Below are positions 18,478-26,006 of a stretch of DNA of 32,884 nt, one piece after another. This stretch comes from Alphaproteobacteria bacterium (lineage in GTDB: Bacteria; Pseudomonadota; Alphaproteobacteria; Rickettsiales; UBA1997). The notes below the pieces were generated by a model. The model ran no database searches and was not told the origin of the DNA. It saw only the letters and a list, made by a program, of their open reading frames with translations. The DNA lies in the NCBI GenBank assembly GCA_046081665.1, contig JBJTWJ010000013.1, forward strand, positions 1 to 32,884. The letters are read 5' to 3'. Each line of letters begins with the position of its first letter. The first letter of the stretch is position 1. Position numbers and translations under genes: made by a program.

Positions 18478-19389
18478 TTAAATTTTAATTGCCCATTTTC
18501 TGGCAAGATATTTTTCAACATCAATTCGCTCGTCGTTTTTTAAATCGCGATCATAAAAAATTATTTCGGCAATATAACCATTTAAATAGCGAGAGCGATT
18601 AGTGCCATCAAACCACGAGGCAATATTGTGAGTGGTTGGAATTTTTACCATTCCACTCGGATTGCCAGCCGTTGTCCCTGCTCCTGAAGTTGCGCCATTT
18701 ATATATAATTCCACCGAGGTTCCGCGATCTACAACCGAATAAATATAAGGGATATTGGCAAGAACTCCATTGCGGTTTGCATAATGTAAAGCTGAACTAT
18801 TTCCCAAATAAGAAGCTACTCCAGTTGGCGAGCTTAAATTTGCAGTTCCATCTAATTGATAATGGACTTTACCTAACATCCAAGTGCTACTAGCATTAAT
18901 TAAAACTGCGCAACATCCGCCAGCAGAAACATTTGATGCCGAAATTACTAAAAATATACTGGCTTTTAAACCACCAATTTGCTGGGTTGTGTCTAGATAA
19001 TCATTGCCATCAAATTTTACACAGGGCAGACCATTTAAACAGTTATTAGTAAATCTAGGGCGTTGAGATCCAGAAGAAATAGCATTATTTTTTAACGTTG
19101 ATTGCAAATTTATATCAAACCAAGTTGTGATTTCTGCTCCATCCGATGCTTCATTGGCATCAAAACTTTGTTCCATAGTTGGCTCTAACCACATAACCAA
19201 ATTAGCAATTGATGGAACTGGCGAACCTAAGGTTTGCGATCTTGCAGACTTAAGCTTCATAGCGTTAATCAATCGCGAAGACTGCGTAACCCCTGCAACT
19301 AAGATCCCGATGATTAATATTACAATTGATAACTCGATTAGTGAAAAAGCTTGGTTATTTTTTGTTAAAAATCTTTTATTTTCTGGCAT
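18478..19389 (-). CDS. Pilin-leader + LamG-like paralog C
   Basis: 303 aa. N-terminus MPENKRFLTKNNQA|FSLIELSIVILIIGILVAGVTQSSRLINAMK. C-terminus GYIAEIIFYDRDLKNDERIDVEKYLARKWAIKI. Confidence 0.75.
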   Translation of the reverse strand: MPENKRFLTKNNQAFSLIELSIVILIIGILVAGVTQSSRLINAMKLKSARSQTLGSPVPSIANLVMWLEPTMEQSFDANEASDGAEITTWFDINLQSTLKNNAISSGSQRPRFTNNCLNGLPCVKFDGNDYLDTTQQIGGLKASIFLVISASNVSAGGCCAVLINASSTWMLGKVHYQLDGTANLSSPTGVASYLGNSSALHYANRNGVLANIPYIYSVVDRGTSVELYINGATSGAGTTAGNPSGMVKIPTTHNIASWFDGTNRSRYLNGYIAEIIFYDRDLKNDERIDVEKYLARKWAIKI

Positions 19390-19433
19390 GTTAACTGATT
19401 GATAATTTTTATAAAATTGAATTTAAATTGAAT

Positions 19434-20336
19434 TTAACTGGCAATTTTAATTGCCCATTTACGGGAAAGATATTGCTCCACCGCTTTACGCTCTTCAGTG
19501 TTTAAGGCTCGCGAATAAAAAATGATTTCAGCAATGTCAGCATTGTAATAAATGGAGGGATTGCCCCCTGAAATTCTTGGACCAATATGAATTTGAGTAA
19601 TATTAAAATTGCCTGTTGAGTTAGCAGGAGTATAGCCTGTTCCATTGATGTACGCAATATTAGTTGAGCCATTAAAAACTGAATCAGCAATAAATGAATT
19701 ACCATTTCCAGGGTGACTGCCCAGCATTGCTAAACAAAGTAATCCAGAATTTCTTCCGGGGATCATTCCACCACCTCCACCTTCATAAAATCCTGTAAAA
19801 GATTCAACGTTTGTGTAATCATTTCCTGAAGGACCTGTGCCGTTAATAATGCTTGAATCTTGCACCCAAGCGATTCTTCTAGCAACGATGAAGTAGGTTA
19901 ATTGCGGTCCTGAAATTCCAACTTGGTCAACTCGCAAATAATCGTCTACACCTGCCAATCGAACTGAAGGCAAACCGTTAATACCATTTTCAATAAATTT
20001 TGGACGGTTATTAGTGAGCGGTGGAAAAGCATTGAGTTTATAAGTTGCTTGGGGATTGTTATCATACCACATCGTTAATTCACTTAGATCTTGCTCTTCA
20101 GTATCATTAAAACTTTTTTCCAAAGTTGCTTCATACCATAATGCCAAATCTTTAATGGTTGGAACTGGCGAAGAGTTAGTGATATTTTGAGCCGTTAATA
20201 AACGAATTCGCTTAACTAAACGAGAAGATTGCGTAACCCCAGCAACCAGGACGCCGATGATCAATATTACAATTGATAGTTCAATTAAGGAAAAAGCTTT
20301 AGCTAATTTTTGATGTCTTTTTAATATTCTTGACAT
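19434..20336 (-). CDS. Pilin-leader + LamG-like paralog D
   Basis: 300 aa. N-terminus MSRILKRHQKLAKA|FSLIELSIVILIIGVLVAGVTQSSRLV. C-terminus ADIAEIIFYSRALNTEERKAVEQYLSRKWAIKIAS. Confidence 0.75.
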   Translation of the reverse strand: MSRILKRHQKLAKAFSLIELSIVILIIGVLVAGVTQSSRLVKRIRLLTAQNITNSSPVPTIKDLALWYEATLEKSFNDTEEQDLSELTMWYDNNPQATYKLNAFPPLTNNRPKFIENGINGLPSVRLAGVDDYLRVDQVGISGPQLTYFIVARRIAWVQDSSIINGTGPSGNDYTNVESFTGFYEGGGGGMIPGRNSGLLCLAMLGSHPGNGNSFIADSVFNGSTNIAYINGTGYTPANSTGNFNITQIHIGPRISGGNPSIYYNADIAEIIFYSRALNTEERKAVEQYLSRKWAIKIAS

Positions 20337-20450
20337 GGCTTTATAAAGCGATTGATAAATGGGTCACTTAAAAAATAAAAATGGCTTAATTTTTTAATTA
20401 AACAAATTAAAAAACTAAACCAAAAAGCCAAGATCTTAATGAGATTTTCT

Positions 20451-21083
20451 CTAAACGGGGCGGAAATTTATAAAATTTTCCAAGAATTGTAAACCGCTTT
20501 GAGCACTTTTTTCAGGATGAAATTGTGCACCGATAATATTTTCTTTAGCAATAACAGCATTGATTTTATTATCGCCGTATAGCACTTGCGCTAAGACATT
20601 ATTGTCATTTTGGCAAATAAAATGATAAGAATTGGCGAAGTAAAAATGATCACCTTGGTTAATATTTTTTAAAAGCGGATGTTTGTTATTTTTTAAAGAA
20701 ATTTCGTTCCAACCCATATGCGGAATTTTTAAATTCTTGCCAGTTAATTTTTCCACTCGCCCATTTATAAAATTTAAACCCTGATGTTCGCCATTTTCAT
20801 AACCAATTGAAGCCAAAACTTGCATACCAACACAGATCCCAAGAAACGGTTTTTTTTCTTTGGTTACTTGCTGACGAAGTTCAGATAAAAAATTAGGCTG
20901 ACGTTGTAAGCCCTGCATACAATCATTAAAAGCTCCAACTCCTGGAAGTATAATATGAGTTGATGATTTAAGTGCAGATGGATTATTAGATATTTCTATT
21001 AAGCAATTTGAATCAATATTGCGTAGTGCATTGAAAACTGAAGCAACATTGCCTGAGCCATAATCGATGATGATAATTTTCAT
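20451..21083 (-). CDS. hisH: Imidazole glycerol phosphate synthase glutamine amidotransferase subunit HisH (orphan in this window)
   Basis: 210 aa. Begins MKIIIIDYGSGNVASV. The catalytic Cys motif is GICVGMQ, HMGWN is present, and the His/Glu of the triad lie in GAQFHPEKS. Confidence 0.85.
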   Translation of the reverse strand: MKIIIIDYGSGNVASVFNALRNIDSNCLIEISNNPSALKSSTHIILPGVGAFNDCMQGLQRQPNFLSELRQQVTKEKKPFLGICVGMQVLASIGYENGEHQGLNFINGRVEKLTGKNLKIPHMGWNEISLKNNKHPLLKNINQGDHFYFANSYHFICQNDNNVLAQVLYGDNKINAVIAKENIIGAQFHPEKSAQSGLQFLENFINFRPV

Positions 21084-21086
21084 GAT

Positions 21087-21542
21087 TTAAGTTATTTTTT
21101 TGCTCTTTTTTTTCTTGCTTTGATAATATTTTTTGGGATCATAAAAAGCATCGCCAAACTGCTCCTCGTCTAGTTCGTTATTTTGCATTCTTTTTACAAA
21201 TCTAAGTTTAGCATGAGTTGCATTGCTTCCAAAAACAATGCCTGCAAATTCATAACCTTGCTGTTTTATTTTTTCGCAAAGCCAATAATTGGCGTTTAAG
21301 GCAACCATAAAAAATAAAGCGATTTGCATCGTTACTTTATCAAAATCACTTGATAATTTTGCAAAAAAACTAAAAACAAAACCAATCGCCAACAAGATGA
21401 TAATCTCTTTGAACATTTTGTGATATATAAACCACAGAGTGTTGAAAACAAAGGCTTCCCAAGAAAACCCTTCTTTAATCATGATGATGTCTTCAACTTT
21501 ACCATTGTCGTTTTTTTTGATAAGAGCATTGTAAATATTCAT
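21087..21542 (-). CDS. DUF2628-type small membrane protein
   Basis: 151 aa. The pattern …IKEGFSWEAFVFNTLWFIYHKMF… followed by TM segments matches DUF2628. As far as I recall, this family sits beside hisH in many alphaproteobacteria. It lies 3 nt upstream of hisH. Confidence 0.6.
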   Translation of the reverse strand: MNIYNALIKKNDNGKVEDIIMIKEGFSWEAFVFNTLWFIYHKMFKEIIILLAIGFVFSFFAKLSSDFDKVTMQIALFFMVALNANYWLCEKIKQQGYEFAGIVFGSNATHAKLRFVKRMQNNELDEEQFGDAFYDPKKYYQSKKKKSKKIT

Positions 21543-21629
21543 GACCTAGTTGGATTGATTTTAATTTTAAGATTAAACTAAATTAATAACAAATTTATAA
21601 GAAATCAACAATCACCATCAATTCAAAAT

Positions 21630-21686
21630 AAAATGATCGCTTCTGTCATAAATTTATTTAATAAATTTAAACTTAACGATCATTTT
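21630..21686 (-). terminator. Possible terminator hairpin downstream of rplT
   Basis: 10-bp inverted repeat AAAATGATCG (21630-21639) / CGATCATTTT (21677-21686). It encloses an AT-rich, itself near-palindromic loop. On the minus strand it is followed by ATTTTGAATT. The long loop and AT-rich stem make this tentative. Confidence 0.3.
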
Positions 21687-21711
21687 ACCTTAGTGATTTT
21701 ATAAAATTAAC

Positions 21712-22071
21712 TTAAGCTTGAAGAGCTTTTTTAGCTTTTTCAACAATTTTAGCAAAGGTCTCTGGCTCTCTAACAGCAAGATCTGCAAGCACTTTACGAT
21801 CTAAATCAATTTTAGCTAATTTTAAACCGTTGATAAATTTTGAATAAATCATGCCATGCTCTCTAACACCAGCGTTGATGCGCTGAATCCACAATGCACG
21901 AAAATCTCTTTTACGAGCTTTACGGTCACGATAAGCATATCTTAAGGCTTTTTCAACCTTTTCAATTGCAACGCGAAAACAATTTTTGGCACGTCCACGA
22001 TAACCTTTGGCTAGTTTGAGAATTTTTTTATGTCTAGCTTTTTTGGTAACACCTCTTTTAACACGACTCAT
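21712..22071 (-). CDS. rplT: 50S ribosomal protein L20
   Basis: 119 aa beginning [35 protein letters not shown]…, a canonical L20 sequence. Confidence 0.95.
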   Translation of the reverse strand: MSRVKRGVTKKARHKKILKLAKGYRGRAKNCFRVAIEKVEKALRYAYRDRKARKRDFRALWIQRINAGVREHGMIYSKFINGLKLAKIDLDRKVLADLAVREPETFAKIVEKAKKALQA

Positions 22072-22133
22072 AGATAACTCCTAATAATAAAAAATAAAAT
22101 AATTTGAAAATAAGTAAATCTTAAGAAATTTTC

Positions 22134-22337
22134 TTAACGATTATAAGGCATCTTGAATTTCAAGATACTAGCACTGTGCCCCTCAGAAAGCGAAGCAGAT
22201 TTACGAAGTTTACGAATTCGACCTTGGCTTTTTTTATCAAGATTATGTCTTTTTCCTGCTTGTTTATGAAGAATTTTTTTGTTACGAGTAACACGAAATC
22301 TTTTTTTCGCGCTACTGTTTGTTTTGACTTTTGGCAT
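22134..22337 (-). CDS. rpmI: 50S ribosomal protein L35
   Basis: The 75-aa track ORF starts too early. The internal start at 22337 gives MPKVKTNSSAKKRFRVTRNKKILHKQAGKRHNL…, a canonical L35 N-terminus of 67 aa. Confidence 0.9.
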   Translation of the reverse strand: MPKVKTNSSAKKRFRVTRNKKILHKQAGKRHNLDKKSQGRIRKLRKSASLSEGHSASILKFKMPYNR

Positions 22338-22592
22338 ATTAACAATAATAAATTTGAACAAAGAAACAATGGTAGCTTAATGATTATTTTGATAATCATT
22401 CAAAACATTTTTTTAACCACTGAATCAAACGATTTAATCAAACGATTTAATCAAATGGTGCTCTGCTCTTAAAAACCGGTTTTGAAACCAGTTTTAAAAA
22501 CCATAAAAACCATAATAATAATTTGATAATTTTCTTGTTTATTAACCTAAAAAATAGTTTAATAATTCTCTTAAGAATTCTGTTAGGAATTC

Positions 22593-22668
22593 TGGTGGGA
22601 TCGGCAGGGATCGAACCTGCGACCAAGACGTTATGAGCGTCCTGCTCTAACCGCTGAGCTACAATCCC
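22593..22668 (-). tRNA. tRNA with anticodon CAT (elongator tRNA-Met; lysidine-modified tRNA-Ile2 not excluded)
   Basis: The reverse complement is GGGATTG-TA-GCTC-AGCGGTTA-GAGC-A-GGACG-CTCATAA-CGTCT-TGGTC-GCAGG-TTCGATC-CCTGC-CGATCCC-A-CCA. This folds as a full cloverleaf of 76 nt with an encoded CCA. Position 1 pairs with position 72 and the anticodon stem has no GGG/CCC run, so it is not an initiator. Confidence 0.9.
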
Positions 22669-22739
22669 CAAACAAGAAATATCTTATTAATCCCTCCAAT
22701 CTTAGAAAATAAGTCTTTGATTGCAAGTAATTTTTTTAC

Positions 22740-23348
22740 TTAAGAAATTTTCGCTTTAGAAACAACAACCAATGCTGGACGAATAATTCTTCCTGAAATC
22801 GCATATCCTGCTTGAACAACTTGCAAAATCACCCCTTCTTCACCTTCAAACTCCATATGGCTTATAGCCTCATGAAGATTATGATCGAATTTTTCATTCA
22901 AAGGAAAGATTCTTTTTACTTGGTTTTTTTCAAGGATCTTGAGCAATTCTTTTTCAGTCAAAGTAATCGCTGTTGCATAATTTTTTATTGCCGGAATTTT
23001 ATCAATTTCATCATTTGGAGCGTTACTGCTAGCCATCAAGAAATTTTCAACGATAACAACTAACTCACTGACAAAATTGCTGATCGCAAATTTACTAGTT
23101 TTTTCTAGCTCTTCGCGTGACCTACGGCGAACATTATCCACCTCCGCCAAGGTTCTTAGTAATTTATCATTAAGTTCATTATTTTTTTGCTCTAACTCGG
23201 CGATTTTAAGAAGTAAATTATCTGCTTGATTGTTACTAGCTTGCTGATTATTTGTTGTGTTATCAAGATCTTCTTGTTCATCTTCCCTTCGTGAAAATTC
23301 ATGAGGCTGTTGAGTTGAAGAGTTATTATTAAAATTTTGTTGAGTCAT
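22740..23348 (-). CDS. grpE: Nucleotide exchange factor GrpE
   Basis: 202 aa with an acidic, Asn/Gln-rich N-terminus. The coiled coil reads LLKIAELEQKNNELNDKLLRTLAEVDNVRRRSREELE. The C-terminal beta domain reads …VVQAGYAISGRIIRPALVVV. Confidence 0.9.
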   Translation of the reverse strand: MTQQNFNNNSSTQQPHEFSRREDEQEDLDNTTNNQQASNNQADNLLLKIAELEQKNNELNDKLLRTLAEVDNVRRRSREELEKTSKFAISNFVSELVVIVENFLMASSNAPNDEIDKIPAIKNYATAITLTEKELLKILEKNQVKRIFPLNEKFDHNLHEAISHMEFEGEEGVILQVVQAGYAISGRIIRPALVVVSKAKIS

Positions 23349-23491
23349 ATTTACTTAAATTGATTAAAAAAGAATTAAAGATAGTTCTATATTTACTTAT
23401 TAATTTGATAGTTTCAAGATTGCATTAAAAAAAATTAAATTTAAACTAAAAAAATTAATTACCTTATTTTAATATTTTTTCGACAAAATTC

Positions 23492-24136
23492 ATGTTTAAT
23501 AACTTTTCCAAAAACTATAGCGATGTCAGTGAGCAAGCTAGCTATTTAGTGCCAATGGTCATCGAACAAACACCTCGAGGTGAGCGTTCCTTCGACATTT
23601 ATTCTAGATTGTTAAAAGAAAGAATCATTTTTTTATCTGGTCCAGTCAATGACCAAGTCTCTTCACTTATAGTTGCTCAGTTGTTATTTTTAGAATCTGA
23701 AGATCCAAAAAAAGATATTTTCTTTTACATAAATTCCCCAGGAGGCGTTGTTACATCTGGCTTAGCGATGTATGACACAATGAACTATATTCATCCAGAT
23801 GTTTGTACGGTTTGCATTGGTCAAGCAGCATCGATGGGTTCACTGCTTCTAGCTGCTGGAACAAAAGGCAAAAGATATGCTTTACCAAATTCACGAATTA
23901 TGATCCACCAACCAAGCGGAGGTTATCAAGGTCAAGCTACAGACATCGAGATTCATGCCCAAGAAACTCTTAATTTAAAAAGACGATTGAACGAAATTTA
24001 TACAAAACACACTGGACAAAAACTTGCAGTCATTGAAAAATCAATGGAACGTGATAATTTTATGTCTCCACAAAAAGCCAAAGAGTTTGGAATTATTGAT
24101 GAAGTCATCGATAAAAGACCTCAAACTATTAAATAA
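23492..24136 (+). CDS. clpP: ATP-dependent Clp protease proteolytic subunit ClpP
   Basis: 214 aa containing [30 protein letters not shown]. The catalytic Ser context is [11 protein letters not shown] and the His context is [10 protein letters not shown]. Confidence 0.95.
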   Translation: MFNNFSKNYSDVSEQASYLVPMVIEQTPRGERSFDIYSRLLKERIIFLSGPVNDQVSSLIVAQLLFLESEDPKKDIFFYINSPGGVVTSGLAMYDTMNYIHPDVCTVCIGQAASMGSLLLAAGTKGKRYALPNSRIMIHQPSGGYQGQATDIEIHAQETLNLKRRLNEIYTKHTGQKLAVIEKSMERDNFMSPQKAKEFGIIDEVIDKRPQTIK

Positions 24137-24149
24137 AATATTTTAAAAC

Positions 24150-25454
24150 ATGGTTAAAAAAATGGACGAAGAAAAAGAACTTCATTGTTCTTTCTGCGGA
24201 AAATCACAAAATGAAGTTAAAAAATTAATTGCTGGTCCAACCGCATTCATATGCAATGAGTGTATTGAGCTGGGAATGGATATTTTAAAACAAGAAACTA
24301 AAAAAACTCCGTTATTTAAAACCCAAAATGGCAAACCCACTCCTAAAGAAATTGCTAAGATTTTAGATGATTATGTTGTTGGGCAAGAATATGCTAAAAA
24401 AGTTCTAGCTGTTGCCGTCTATAACCATTACAAAAGAGTTGATAACTCAACTGCCAGCATTGACAGTATTGAAATTAACAAATCCAATATTTTAATGATT
24501 GGTCCAACTGGCTGTGGCAAAACTTTGTTAGCTCAAACTCTAGCAAAAATTCTTGATGTTCCTTTTACCATGGCAGATGCAACTTCCTTGACCGAAGCTG
24601 GATATGTTGGTGATGATGTTGAAAATATTATTGCCAGATTATTGCAATCAGCAAATTATGATATTGAAAAAGCTCAACGTGGAATTGTTTATATCGATGA
24701 AATTGATAAAATTGCTCGTAAATCTGAAGACAACACGCGTCGTGATATTTCTGGAGAAGGTGTTCAACAGGGTTTGCTAAAAATTATTGAAGGTACAGTT
24801 GCTTCGGTTCCAACGCAACCGGGACGCAAAACAAGTCAGCAAGAATATGTTCAAATCGATACTCGCAATATTTTATTTATTTGTGCTGGAGCTTTTTCAG
24901 GTTTAGAAAAAATTGTTAGCGCTCGAGGTATTAATGCTAGCATTGGTTTTGGTGCACAAATTCGTGATAAAGATGATTTAAATCGTAAAGATATTTTTAA
25001 AAATGTTGAGCCAGATGATTTAATTAAATTTGGATTAATTCCTGAAATTGTTGGCAGATTGCCAATTATCGCTCCTTTAGATGGCTTAACCGAAGATGAT
25101 TTAACAAAAATTCTTCATGAACCAAAAAACTCTTTAACCAAACAATATAAAAAATTGTTTGCGATTGATAAAGTTGAAATTGATTTTGACGATGAAGCTT
25201 TAAAACAAATTGCTAAAAAAGCCATTGAACGAAAAACTGGAGCAAGAGGATTAAGAGCAATAACTGAAAATATTTTACTTGAAACAATGTTCGAAATTCC
25301 TTCTAAACATGATGTCAAAGCTATCAAAGTTACCAAAGAAGCAGTCGAAAAAAATTTAGTTGATAATGTTACTTTACTAAACGAAAAAGAGCTTCACGAA
25401 AAAACTAAAAAACAAATTACTTTATTACCAAGTAAAGATAAAAAAAGTAATTAA
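24150..25454 (+). CDS. clpX: ATP-dependent Clp protease ATP-binding subunit ClpX
   Basis: 434 aa. N-terminal zinc-binding domain is [28 protein letters not shown]. Walker A is GPTGCGKT and Walker B is [10 protein letters not shown]. Confidence 0.95.
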   Translation: MVKKMDEEKELHCSFCGKSQNEVKKLIAGPTAFICNECIELGMDILKQETKKTPLFKTQNGKPTPKEIAKILDDYVVGQEYAKKVLAVAVYNHYKRVDNSTASIDSIEINKSNILMIGPTGCGKTLLAQTLAKILDVPFTMADATSLTEAGYVGDDVENIIARLLQSANYDIEKAQRGIVYIDEIDKIARKSEDNTRRDISGEGVQQGLLKIIEGTVASVPTQPGRKTSQQEYVQIDTRNILFICAGAFSGLEKIVSARGINASIGFGAQIRDKDDLNRKDIFKNVEPDDLIKFGLIPEIVGRLPIIAPLDGLTEDDLTKILHEPKNSLTKQYKKLFAIDKVEIDFDDEALKQIAKKAIERKTGARGLRAITENILLETMFEIPSKHDVKAIKVTKEAVEKNLVDNVTLLNEKELHEKTKKQITLLPSKDKKSN

Positions 25455-25496
25455 CATTAACTGTTAACAATAAAAATTGTTAAAACATAACTACTT

Positions 25497-25748
25497 TTAT
25501 TTTATTATCTTTATTTCTAAAGCATGCACTCCATCTAAAAATTGTTGCTTTAAAGTCTGATTTATAAGGCGATGAATTTCAATCGTTTTTAATTCTAAAA
25601 ATTGCACTGATTTTATTTTAACTAAAAAATGAGTTTGCCCTTCAGGCTTACTATTAGCATGTCCGCGATGAAGATGAGAGTTATCCACCACCTCTAAAAA
25701 AACAGGCGAAAATCTTTCTTGTAATTTTTTTTCTATAATATTTTTCAT
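25497..25748 (-). CDS. bolA: BolA family protein
   Basis: 83 aa containing …VVDNSHLHRGHAN…THFLVKIKSVQF…IEIHRLINQTL…, the BolA fold signature. Confidence 0.8.
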   Translation of the reverse strand: MKNIIEKKLQERFSPVFLEVVDNSHLHRGHANSKPEGQTHFLVKIKSVQFLELKTIEIHRLINQTLKQQFLDGVHALEIKIIK

Positions 25749-26006
25749 ATTTTTTTATGTCAAAAACTTGTTAATAATTTGTTAACAAAATTGACTTTGT
25801 TAACAAAAAAATTTCACTTAAAAAAGTTATTAATTTTATTAACATTTTTTTCACAATGTTATTAATGTTAATATCTTTTTTAAAATAACTTTTAAAATGT
25901 TGATAACTTGTTTAAATAGTTTAAAATCATAGAATGAATTTGTTAATAAAATGTTAAAAAAATTTAATTAACAAATTAACAACTCTAATAACATAATCAA
26001 AAATAA
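25749..26006. other. Candidate chromosomal replication origin (Cori-like AT-rich spacer upstream of hemE)
   Basis: A 258-bp spacer that is very AT-rich. It has a perfect CtrA-box pattern TTAA-N7-TTAAC at 25771-25786 and a near match TTAA-N7-TTAAA at 25943-25958. Two 9-mers are one mismatch from the DnaA box TTATNCACA: TTTTTCACA at 25847-25855 and TGTTGATAA (rc TTATCAACA) at 25898-25906. Two TTGTTAACAA palindromes lie 18 bp apart (25779-25788, 25797-25806). All genes to the right are on the + strand. Most genes to the left, including rplT, rpmI, the tRNA and grpE, are on the - strand. Confidence 0.4.

Noticed and set aside
22160-22472. ORFs 22160-22399 (-) and 22176-22472 (+), and the extended 75-aa version of rpmI
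   Set aside because: They overlap rpmI in other frames or on the other strand. The canonical L35 N-terminus MPKVKT begins at 22337, so the 8 extra codons upstream are not needed.
22421-22520. Short tandem repeats (AATCAAACGATTT x2 at about 22423-22448; AAAACCAT x2 near 22497-22512) and an AAACTGGTTT/AAACCGGTTT hairpin between the tRNA and rpmI
   Set aside because: They are too short and AT-rich to distinguish from chance. At most they form a weak terminator for the tRNA. The 12-bp duplication AAAGTTGATTT x2 near 16424-16447 was dismissed on the same grounds.
22447-22671. 74-aa ORF on the minus strand
   Set aside because: Its N-terminal part is simply the translated tRNA(CAT) gene at 22593-22668. 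The rest is AT-rich spacer.
23349-23491. Heat-shock (sigma-32 type) promoters or a CIRCE element in the divergent grpE / clpP spacer
   Set aside because: There is no CIRCE inverted repeat (TTAGCACTC-N9-GAGTGCTAA). I could not find a convincing CTTGAA…CCCCAT-like pair in this AT-rich spacer.
25681-25689. TTATCCACC, an 8/9 match to the DnaA box
   Set aside because: It lies inside the bolA coding sequence, where it encodes part of VVDNS. I did not count it as independent origin evidence. It is mentioned only as a possible flanking box.
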